Shown in pieces: positions 57,104 to 64,000 of a stretch of DNA of 64,000 bases (the first letter of the stretch is position 1; each line of letters starts with the position of its first letter). Position numbers and translations under genes: made by a program. Location: assembly GCA_049720475.1 (NCBI GenBank), contig JBNASH010000036.1, positions 1,339 through 65,338 on the forward strand. The letters run 5' to 3'. The notes under the pieces were generated by a model. The model was not told the DNA's origin. It was given only the letters and a program-made list of their open reading frames with translations, and made no database searches. The stretch is from Minisyncoccia bacterium. GTDB lineage: Bacteria; Patescibacteriota; Minisyncoccia; UBA6257; JAAZHW01.

Positions 57104-57289
57104 ATGGCAAAAACTTCTGTAATTGCTCGCGCAAAAAAAACACCAAAATTTTCTACAAGAATTGTAAGACGTTGTTTTCGTTGTGGTCGTAAAAGAGGTT
57201 ATATGAGAGATTTTGGTTTGTGCCGAATTTGTTTTAGAGAGTTAGTGCGAAAGGGCGAGATACCTGGTATTCGGAAAGCGTCGTGGTAA
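57104..57289 (+). CDS. rpsZ: 30S ribosomal protein S14 type Z (zinc-binding)
   Basis: 61 aa with [10 protein letters not shown]...CRICFRE. Confidence 0.9.
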   Translation: MAKTSVIARAKKTPKFSTRIVRRCFRCGRKRGYMRDFGLCRICFRELVRKGEIPGIRKASW

Positions 57290-57301
57290 ATAACAAATTT
57301 T

Positions 57302-57691
57302 ATGGATACAATAGCTGATTTTCTTACTCAAATTAAAAATGCAATCGCGGTTAAAAAACCGTCTGTTACAGCACGTTTTTCTAAAATGAATTATGAAATT
57401 GCCCAGATTTTATTGAAAGAGGGATGGATTAATGATGTAAAAATAGTTGGTAAATCCCCCAAAAAGAATATTAGGATTGATTTAAAATATGATGAGAATG
57501 GAGTGTCGGCCATTCAAGAAATAAAAAGAATTAGCAAACCAGGTTGTCGTCGTTATATAAAAGCAAACCAATTAAAACCTGTTAAATCCGGTTATGGTCG
57601 CTATATTATTTCAACCCCTCGTGGTTTAATGACAAACGTTGAAGCAAAAAAGCACAATTTAGGAGGGGAAATAATTTGTGAGATATTCTAA
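57302..57691 (+). CDS. rpsH: 30S ribosomal protein S8
   Basis: DTIADFLTQIKNA..., 129 aa. Confidence 0.9.
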   Translation: MDTIADFLTQIKNAIAVKKPSVTARFSKMNYEIAQILLKEGWINDVKIVGKSPKKNIRIDLKYDENGVSAIQEIKRISKPGCRRYIKANQLKPVKSGYGRYIISTPRGLMTNVEAKKHNLGGEIICEIF

Positions 57692-57698
57692 TCAAAAT

Positions 57699-58247
57699 AT
57701 GTCTAAAATAGGAAAAAAACCAATTGAAATACCCGATAATGTCCAGATTGATATAAAAGATCAAGCAGTTGTTGTTAAAGGTCCAAAAGGAGAATTACAA
57801 GTGCCTATTTTTCAGGGATTTGAAATTAAATTAGAAGAGAAGAATTTGTATGTTATTCCTCCTGAAGACAATAAAAAACGTACGCCAGCTTTTTGGGGAA
57901 CGCTGAGAGCTTTAATAGCTAATGCTGTAAAGGGTGTAATTGAAGGATATGAAAAGAAATTAGAAATTGAAGGAATAGGCTATCGTGCTAATGTTGAGGG
58001 AAGGGTTTTGGTTTTAAATCTTGGTTTTTCTCATCCAATTCGTTATGAAATTCCCGAAGGCATTCAAATTACCACGGATAAAAATATTATTACAGTTTCC
58101 GGTATTGATAAACAATTAGTGGGTCAAGTTGCTGCTAAAATTAGATCATTTAGAAAACCCGAGCCTTATAAAGGCAAGGGAATTCATTATGTTGGTGAAT
58201 ATATTCGTCGAAAAGCCGGTAAGAAAGCTACCGGAGCGGCAGCTTAA
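57699..58247 (+). CDS. rplF: 50S ribosomal protein L6 (start moved to ATG 57699; track start 57678 is GTG)
   Basis: MSKIGKKPIEIPDNVQIDIKDQ... Confidence 0.9.
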   Translation: MSKIGKKPIEIPDNVQIDIKDQAVVVKGPKGELQVPIFQGFEIKLEEKNLYVIPPEDNKKRTPAFWGTLRALIANAVKGVIEGYEKKLEIEGIGYRANVEGRVLVLNLGFSHPIRYEIPEGIQITTDKNIITVSGIDKQLVGQVAAKIRSFRKPEPYKGKGIHYVGEYIRRKAGKKATGAAA

Positions 58248-58256
58248 TAAATAACT

Positions 58257-58616
58257 ATGAAAAGAAAAATTAGTAAAAAAGACAAAAGAATAAGAAGACA
58301 TAAAAAAATTCGAGCAAAAATTTTCGGCGTTGCTAATAAACCACGCGTCTCTGTTTTTATTTCTAACAAACATTTATATGCCCAGGTTATTGATGACAAC
58401 AAAGGAAAAACATTAATTAGTGTTTCTGATTTTGAATTGAAAACAGATAAAAAAGAGACTAAAATGACAATAGCTAAAAAAATTGGTTTACTTTTGGCAG
58501 AAAAGTTGAAAAAGTTAAAAATTTATAAAATTGTTTTTGATCGAGGAGGATTTAAATATCATGGTCGAGTAAAAAACATTGCCGAAGGTTTAAGAGAAGG
58601 AGGAATTAAATTCTAA
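58257..58616 (+). CDS. rplR: 50S ribosomal protein L18
   Basis: NKPRVSVFISNKHLYAQVIDDNKGKTLISVS...FDRGGFKYHGRVKNIAEGLREGG. Confidence 0.85.
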   Translation: MKRKISKKDKRIRRHKKIRAKIFGVANKPRVSVFISNKHLYAQVIDDNKGKTLISVSDFELKTDKKETKMTIAKKIGLLLAEKLKKLKIYKIVFDRGGFKYHGRVKNIAEGLREGGIKF

Positions 58617-58623
58617 ATAAAAT

Positions 58624-59181
58624 ATGATAAAAGAAAAGAAATCATTGAATAATAAAAAAGAAATAAAGTTAGAACAACCAGAAAAACAATACGAGGAAAA
58701 ACTTATTGATTTGCGAAGAGTAACTCGTGTTGTTGCGGGTGGAAAGAGATTTAGTTTCAGAGCCACCTTGGTTGTTGGCGATCGAGCAGGTAAAGTAGGT
58801 ATTGGTATTGCTAAAGGTAAAGATGTTAGTGAGGCCATTGCCAAGGCAAAAAATCAAGCCATTAAAAAAATGATCCGAGTGCCAATTATTAATGATACTA
58901 TTCCTCATGAGGTAAAAGCGAAATATTGTGCTGCTCAAGTTATTTTAAAACCCGCTCAACGAGGACATGGTATTGTGGCTGGTGGTGCGGTACGGGCGGT
59001 ATGTGAATTGGCTGGTATTAAAGATTTAAGTGCTAAAATTTTAAGTCGAACGCCGAATAAATTAAGCAATGCAATGGCTACGGTGGCTGCTTTGAAAAAA
59101 ATCAAACCAGAAATTTTAAAAGCTGTAATGGCCAAAAAAGAAAATACTCAGTCGCCATCAATAGATGAGAATAATAAATAA
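58624..59181 (+). CDS. rpsE: 30S ribosomal protein S5
   Basis: LIDLRRVTRVVAGGKRFSFRATLVVGDRAGKVGIGIAKGKDVSEAIAKA. Confidence 0.9.
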   Translation: MIKEKKSLNNKKEIKLEQPEKQYEEKLIDLRRVTRVVAGGKRFSFRATLVVGDRAGKVGIGIAKGKDVSEAIAKAKNQAIKKMIRVPIINDTIPHEVKAKYCAAQVILKPAQRGHGIVAGGAVRAVCELAGIKDLSAKILSRTPNKLSNAMATVAALKKIKPEILKAVMAKKENTQSPSIDENNK

Positions 59182-59184
59182 AAT

Positions 59185-59604
59185 ATGCAAATTCACGAGT
59201 TGAAAAAAGAATATAAAACAAAAAAAGAAAAAAGAGTTGGTCGAGGAGGAAAAAGAGGGACTTATTCTGGCAGAGGTTTAAAGGGTCAAAAAGCTCGAGC
59301 TGGTGCTAAAATTCGACCAGCCATTTATGATTTAATTATCAAAATTCCCAAAAAGAGAGGTCTTAAACATAAACCAATTAGTCAAAAACCATTAGCAATA
59401 AATTTTGAGATTTTAAATAAATATTTTAAGGATGGAGAAATTGTTTCCCCCCAGACATTATTTGAAAAAGGCTTAATTAGCAAGACAAAAGGCAAACTGC
59501 CAAAGGTTAAAATTTTAGGCCGTGGCGAATTAAAAAAGAAATTAATTTTTAAAAAATGCCATTTTTCTCAAAAGGCATTGAAAAAAATTCAAATTAAGAA
59601 ATAA
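59185..59604 (+). CDS. rplO: 50S ribosomal protein L15 (follows S5 directly; no L30 gene between)
   Basis: GRGGKRGTYSGRGLKGQKARAG. Confidence 0.85.
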   Translation: MQIHELKKEYKTKKEKRVGRGGKRGTYSGRGLKGQKARAGAKIRPAIYDLIIKIPKKRGLKHKPISQKPLAINFEILNKYFKDGEIVSPQTLFEKGLISKTKGKLPKVKILGRGELKKKLIFKKCHFSQKALKKIQIKK

Positions 59605-59606
59605 AT

Positions 59607-60890
59607 ATGGGATTCCTTAGCAAAACAATTCAATTATTCAAAATAAAAGACTTAAGAAAAAAAATTTTAATGGTGGTTTTGATTTTGGTAATTTTTCGGT
59701 TATTTGCGAGCTTGCCCATTCCGGGGATTAATTTAGAAAGATTAAGAGCGATTTTTGCTTCTAATCAATTGCTGGGTATTTTAAATATTTTTTCCGGTGG
59801 AACTTTGAGTAGATTATCAATTATGATGTTGGGTGTGGGTCCTTATATTACGGCTACGATTATAATGCAGCTTTTAACAATGATCATTCCTCGCTTGAAA
59901 GAAATTTACTATGAAGAAGGCGAGGCGGGAAGAAGAAAGTTTAATCAATGGTCTCGCTATCTTACAATACCTTTGTGCATGCTTCAATCATACGCATTTT
60001 TGAACTTATTAATATCGCAAAATGTTATTTTGCCACTTTCGCCATTGGAAATGATTAGAAACATTTTGGTTATTACAGGTGGATCTGTTTTTTTAATGTG
60101 GTTGGGTGAATTGATTACTGAATATAAAATTGGCAATGGCATTTCATTAATTATTTTTGCTGGTATTATTAGTAGCTGGCCAGCTAATTTTCGTTCAGCC
60201 ATTTTATCATATACGCCGTCAGCCCTTCCAACTTATTTAATGTTTATCGCGGTGGCTGTAATTGTTATTGCCGGGGTTGTTTATATTAATGAAGCCGAGC
60301 GAAAAGTACCAGTGGCTTATGCGAAAAGAGTGAGAGGAAATAAAATGTATGGCGGAGTGACAAGTTATTTGCCATTAAAGGTTAATCAGGCTGGTGTTAT
60401 TCCGATTATTTTTGCCATTTCTATTTTACTTTTTCCGCAATTTTTAGGACAAATTATCACCACCCTTAAAACACCGTGGGCATTAACCGTAGGCAAATTT
60501 TTAATGGGATTGTTAAATAACCATTTAATTTATTCAGCTTTATATTTTGTCTTGGTAGTGCTATTTACTTATTTTTATACGATGGTTACTTTCGATCCAA
60601 AAGAAATTTCTACCAATTTACAGAGAAATGGCGGTTTTATTCCTGGAATTAGACCCGGACAATCAACGGCGGAATATATAAATTTTGTTTTAAATCGAAT
60701 CACTTTTGTTGGTGCTTTGTTTTTAGGTTTAATTGCCATTTTACCCAATATTTTACAAAGCGTTACCGGAACTCAATTTTTGACCATCGGTGGCACCTCG
60801 ATTTTAATTGTTGTTTCAGTGGCTATTGAAACCATTAAACAAATTGAAGCTCAATTAATAATGCGCGAATACGAAGGCTTTTTAAGTTAA
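59607..60890 (+). CDS. secY: preprotein translocase SecY
   Basis: 10-TM protein; GVGPYITATIIMQLL..., GGTSILIVVSVAIETIKQIEAQL. Confidence 0.9.
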   Translation: MGFLSKTIQLFKIKDLRKKILMVVLILVIFRLFASLPIPGINLERLRAIFASNQLLGILNIFSGGTLSRLSIMMLGVGPYITATIIMQLLTMIIPRLKEIYYEEGEAGRRKFNQWSRYLTIPLCMLQSYAFLNLLISQNVILPLSPLEMIRNILVITGGSVFLMWLGELITEYKIGNGISLIIFAGIISSWPANFRSAILSYTPSALPTYLMFIAVAVIVIAGVVYINEAERKVPVAYAKRVRGNKMYGGVTSYLPLKVNQAGVIPIIFAISILLFPQFLGQIITTLKTPWALTVGKFLMGLLNNHLIYSALYFVLVVLFTYFYTMVTFDPKEISTNLQRNGGFIPGIRPGQSTAEYINFVLNRITFVGALFLGLIAILPNILQSVTGTQFLTIGGTSILIVVSVAIETIKQIEAQLIMREYEGFLS

Positions 60891-60891
60891 T

Positions 60892-61590
60892 ATGGAAAAG
60901 CCAAAAATTTTAATTTTTTATGGTCCACCGGGCGCTGGTAAAGATACCCAGGCAAAAAGAGTTGCCTTTAAAACCGGTGCTTATATTGTCAGTTCTTCTA
61001 AATTAATTGAGGAAAAAATTTTCAACCCAGATTTACAAAATGATCCAATAATTCAAAGAGAAAGAAAAAATTATGAAAGCGGGGCATTGTGTACGCCTGA
61101 ATGGGTGACTGAAATTATTAACAATAAAGTCAAAGAATTACACCAAGAAAAAAAGTCATTAATTTTTACTGGTTCACCCCGAACTTTATATGAAGCAGAG
61201 AACGAAATTCCATTTTGGGAAAGTATTTATGGAAAAGAAAATATTTTTATCATTGAAATTAAATTAAAAGAAGAAACTTCGATTTTTAGAAACAGTCATC
61301 GCCGAGTTTGTGAAAATTGTGGCTATCCAGTGGTTTATTCTTTTGAAACAGAGATGTGGCGATTTTGCCCGATGTGCGGCGGGAAAATTGTTGATCGTGG
61401 CGCGCTGGATAAACCAGAAACAATTAAGGTTCGATTAGTAGAATATCGCGAGAGAACAAAACCCGTAATAGATTATTTTATCAATCGCGGTTATTCTATT
61501 ATTGAAATTGATGGTGAGCCGCTGCCCGATATTGTTACTCAAAATATTTTTGAACAATTAAATAGAATCAATTTTTTTAATAATGATTAA
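60892..61590 (+). CDS. adk: adenylate kinase with zinc-binding lid
   Basis: GPPGAGKDTQAKR P-loop; lid CENCG...CPMCGG. Confidence 0.85.
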   Translation: MEKPKILIFYGPPGAGKDTQAKRVAFKTGAYIVSSSKLIEEKIFNPDLQNDPIIQRERKNYESGALCTPEWVTEIINNKVKELHQEKKSLIFTGSPRTLYEAENEIPFWESIYGKENIFIIEIKLKEETSIFRNSHRRVCENCGYPVVYSFETEMWRFCPMCGGKIVDRGALDKPETIKVRLVEYRERTKPVIDYFINRGYSIIEIDGEPLPDIVTQNIFEQLNRINFFNND

Positions 61591-62341
61591 ATTAAAATCC
61601 AAAGAAGAAATTAAAATTTTAAAGGAGGGAGGGCATATTTTGGCTAAAATTCTTTTGGAGGTAGCAAAAAAAGTAAAACCAGGTGTTACAACCAGAGAAT
61701 TGGATTGGGTGGCGGAAAATTATATTTTAAAATTTGGCGGCGAACCGGCTTTTAAAAATTATCAGCCGAGTTTTAGTTTAGCACCATTTCCTGCTTCGCT
61801 TTGTGTTTCAGTTAATAATGTTATTGTTCATGGCATCCCTGGCGATTATGTTTTAGCGGGCGGAGATGTAGTAAAATTAGATTTAGGTATGAAATATAAG
61901 GGTTTGTATACTGATATGGCCATTACGGTGGGAGTGGGTAATATATCACCTTTGGCAAAAAAATTGATTCAAACAACAAAAAAAGCGTTGGAATTGGCAA
62001 TTAAAAAAGCTCAGCCTAATGCTACATTGGGTGATGTAGGCTTTGCCATTCAGAGTTATGTTCGTTCGCGGGGTTTTTATGAAATCCAAACTTTAACAGG
62101 ACATGGTGTTGGTTATTCCCAACACGAGGATCCGGATGTTTTTAATTATGGTACACCCGGCAAAGGAATAAAATTAAAAGAAGGAATGGTAATTGCCATT
62201 GAACCAATGGTGGCTGTTGATTCTCCTGATGTTGTTGAATTGCATGATGGCAGTTTTGCAACTAAAACGGGATGTTTGTCAGCGCACTTTGAACATACTA
62301 TCGCCATTACTGATCGCGGTCCAATAGTATTAACAAAATAA
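61583..62341 (+). CDS. map: methionine aminopeptidase type I
   Basis: Pita-bread fold metal ligands context (DLGMKYKGLYTDMA, GHGVG, IEPMV). Confidence 0.9.
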   Translation: MIKLKSKEEIKILKEGGHILAKILLEVAKKVKPGVTTRELDWVAENYILKFGGEPAFKNYQPSFSLAPFPASLCVSVNNVIVHGIPGDYVLAGGDVVKLDLGMKYKGLYTDMAITVGVGNISPLAKKLIQTTKKALELAIKKAQPNATLGDVGFAIQSYVRSRGFYEIQTLTGHGVGYSQHEDPDVFNYGTPGKGIKLKEGMVIAIEPMVAVDSPDVVELHDGSFATKTGCLSAHFEHTIAITDRGPIVLTK

Positions 62342-62344
62342 ACT

Positions 62345-62782
62345 ATGGCGAGTATTTTAGCAGTGGATTATGGGACTAAACGGCTAGGATTAGCCATCGC
62401 AGATGAGCATTTAAAATTGCCGTTGCTTTTAAAGCCGATTGAATATTCGCAGAATAATATTGATGCTGTTTTTGAAAAAATTAAAAAAATTTGCGAAGAA
62501 AATAATGTTTCTTTAATTATTTTAGGACTACCCTTATCATTTAATTTTCAAGAAACCCCCATTTGTCAAAAAATCAAAAAATTTGGGGAGTTGTTGGAAA
62601 AAAATACTCAAAGAAAGGTAATATACCAAAATGAAGTATTAACAACTGATGAGGCGATAAAAATTCAGGAAAATATTACTGGTCAAAGAAAAAGAAAATA
62701 TCACAGCGGTTCTAATTTAGATAGTCAATCAGCGGCATTGATTTTGGAAAGCTATTTTATTTCTAAAAAAGCGATCAACTAA
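62345..62782 (+). CDS. ruvX: Holliday-junction resolvase-like YqgF/RuvX
   Basis: ILAVDYGTKRLGLAIAD N-terminal motif, about 145 aa. Confidence 0.8.
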   Translation: MASILAVDYGTKRLGLAIADEHLKLPLLLKPIEYSQNNIDAVFEKIKKICEENNVSLIILGLPLSFNFQETPICQKIKKFGELLEKNTQRKVIYQNEVLTTDEAIKIQENITGQRKRKYHSGSNLDSQSAALILESYFISKKAIN

Positions 62783-62812
62783 AAAAGAGATCAACTAACC
62801 CTCTTGACGATC

Positions 62813-62841
62813 TTGCATTTTTTATTTTTTTATGATATAAT
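62813..62841 (+). promoter_or_regulatory. sigma70-like promoter TTGCAT -17- TGaTATAAT, ending 8 nt before ATG 62850 (near-leaderless)
   Basis: ttgcat 62813-62818; tgatataat 62833-62841. Confidence 0.4.
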
Positions 62842-62849
62842 TTAATTAT

Positions 62850-63302
62850 ATGAGAAAAACAACGATATTTTTAATCATTTGCATTATTATTTTAGTGGCC
62901 CTTTTGGCTTTAATTTTATATACTTATTATTCTGATTATAAAAGAGCCAAGGAGAGTATGGCTGACAAAATATTAACAGTCCATCTTGAAAAATTTGCAC
63001 CAGGTACTAACATTGAACGCAACATGAGAGGAGAAGAGGCTTCGGTTTTTAAAAAAGGAGAGTGGTTGGGTGTTTTTGGAACAATCCAAGCCAACAAAGA
63101 TTCAGAATTAACCTTTAAAATTTTTGATTTAAATGAAAATCTTATTGCTTCAAACAATCAATGGAAAACAGAAATTAAAAAGGGGCAGGGTGAGTTTGGG
63201 ATGTGTTGTGTAGAAGTTCCAGACGAAGTAGGGCAATATCAAATTAATCTCTATTTGAACGATAATTTAATGGGGGTTCTAAATTTTTCTGTTACGGAGT
63301 AA
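62850..63302 (+). CDS. hypothetical membrane-anchored protein
   Basis: N-terminal TM IFLIICIIILVALLALILY, 150 aa, no motif recognised. Confidence 0.4.
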   Translation: MRKTTIFLIICIIILVALLALILYTYYSDYKRAKESMADKILTVHLEKFAPGTNIERNMRGEEASVFKKGEWLGVFGTIQANKDSELTFKIFDLNENLIASNNQWKTEIKKGQGEFGMCCVEVPDEVGQYQINLYLNDNLMGVLNFSVTE

Positions 63303-63332
63303 TTTTTTATTGCTAAAATTTTTTGTTGTTAA

Positions 63333-63363
63333 AAAACCGCCTAGTAAACTATGCGGTTTTTTT
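63333..63363 (+). terminator. rho-independent terminator
   Basis: aaaaccgc-ctagtaaactat-gcggttttttt. Confidence 0.6.
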
Positions 63364-63413
63364 AATTTTTATGTTATAATAAAACAAATGGTCTATTTAA
63401 TAAAATTTAGATT

Positions 63414-64000
63414 ATGGCCAAACCTTTTCTTTCAGTAATTATACCCGCTTATAACGAAGCGGAAAGAATACCAAAAACGCTTTTGGATATAGACAAATAT
63501 TTATCGCAGGCGGGTTTTTCCTATGAAATTATTGTAGTAAATGATGGTTCAAAAGATAAAACTGCTGAAGTGGTAGAAAAAATGAAAAGTTTGGTAAAAA
63601 ATTTAAAATTAATTGATAATAAAGTTAATCAAGGAAAAGGAGGGGTTGTTGCGCAGGGCATGCTTGATGCTAAGGGAATGATTCGTTTGTTTGCTGATGC
63701 TGATAATTCAACGCCGATTGAACAAATTGAAAAATTTTTCCCTTATTTTAAAGAGGGTTATGATGTTGTTATTGGTTCACGAGCAATGAAAGATTCTCAA
63801 TTAGCCGTGAAACAACCTTTTTATCGTCAGATTTTAGGAAGAGTGGGTAACTTGATAATTCGTTTATTAGCAGTGCCGGGCATAAAAGATACTCAATGTG
63901 GTTTTAAAGCTTTTACTGAAAAAGCCGCTGAAAAAATTTTTCCACAATTAACAATAAAAAGATGGGGATTTGATGTTGAGGTTTTAGTTATTGCCAGATT
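63414..64000 (+). CDS. family 2 glycosyltransferase (dolichyl/polyprenyl-phosphate sugar transferase-like), 3' end beyond window
   Basis: LSVIIPAYNEAERIPKTL...VVNDGSKDKT...DADNS (DxD context), open to window end. Confidence 0.7.
   Translation, partial: MAKPFLSVIIPAYNEAERIPKTLLDIDKYLSQAGFSYEIIVVNDGSKDKTAEVVEKMKSLVKNLKLIDNKVNQGKGGVVAQGMLDAKGMIRLFADADNSTPIEQIEKFFPYFKEGYDVVIGSRAMKDSQLAVKQPFYRQILGRVGNLIIRLLAVPGIKDTQCGFKAFTEKAAEKIFPQLTIKRWGFDVEVLVIAR

Noticed and set aside
1-64000. CRISPR arrays, IS elements, integrases, rRNA genes
   Set aside because: No regularly spaced direct repeats, no transposase or integrase-like ORF and no rRNA-like GC-rich kilobase segments were seen

Overview
The window is AT-rich (roughly 30% GC by eye), gene-dense and almost entirely on the + strand. 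It contains housekeeping genes (ruvB, polA, murA, frr, rseP, proS, lysS, serS, greA, lepA, prfB, ftsEX, tuf) and two mreB paralogs with mreC/mreD/PBP2. There is a complete type IV pilus operon (pilM-N-O-x-B-T-C-A-D) with a second pilB copy, a divergent comFC and a lamin-tail-domain surface protein. A tuf-S10-spc-secY-adk-map ribosomal cluster lacks L30. Three tRNAs are present (Trp-CCA, Thr-CGU, Gln-CUG). Most native genes have no Shine-Dalgarno sequence, and several sigma70-like promoters with an extended -10 sit only 2-10 nt upstream of the ATG. These features (no L30, SD-less genes, archaeal-type aldolase and PdaD, T4P, small proteins) fit a reduced-genome bacterium, possibly CPR/Patescibacteria-like; that lineage call is inference. 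The most unusual region lies downstream of tRNA-Gln at 41.2-47.6 kb. It holds an XRE regulator with a perfect palindromic operator, followed by a pyruvoyl-dependent arginine-decarboxylase homolog, a PaaK/F390-synthetase-like adenylating ligase and a HemN-like radical SAM enzyme. Next comes a GC-richer block with strong GGAGGTG ribosome-binding sites (DinB-like, SAM methyltransferase, AlkD-like DNA glycosylase, small membrane protein). The region is bracketed by GC-rich noncoding segments that share the 10-mer ccgccccgcc. A roughly 190-nt GC-rich noncoding stretch with a long closing stem (3805-4000) is a candidate structured RNA. No CRISPR array, IS element, integrase or rRNA was found.
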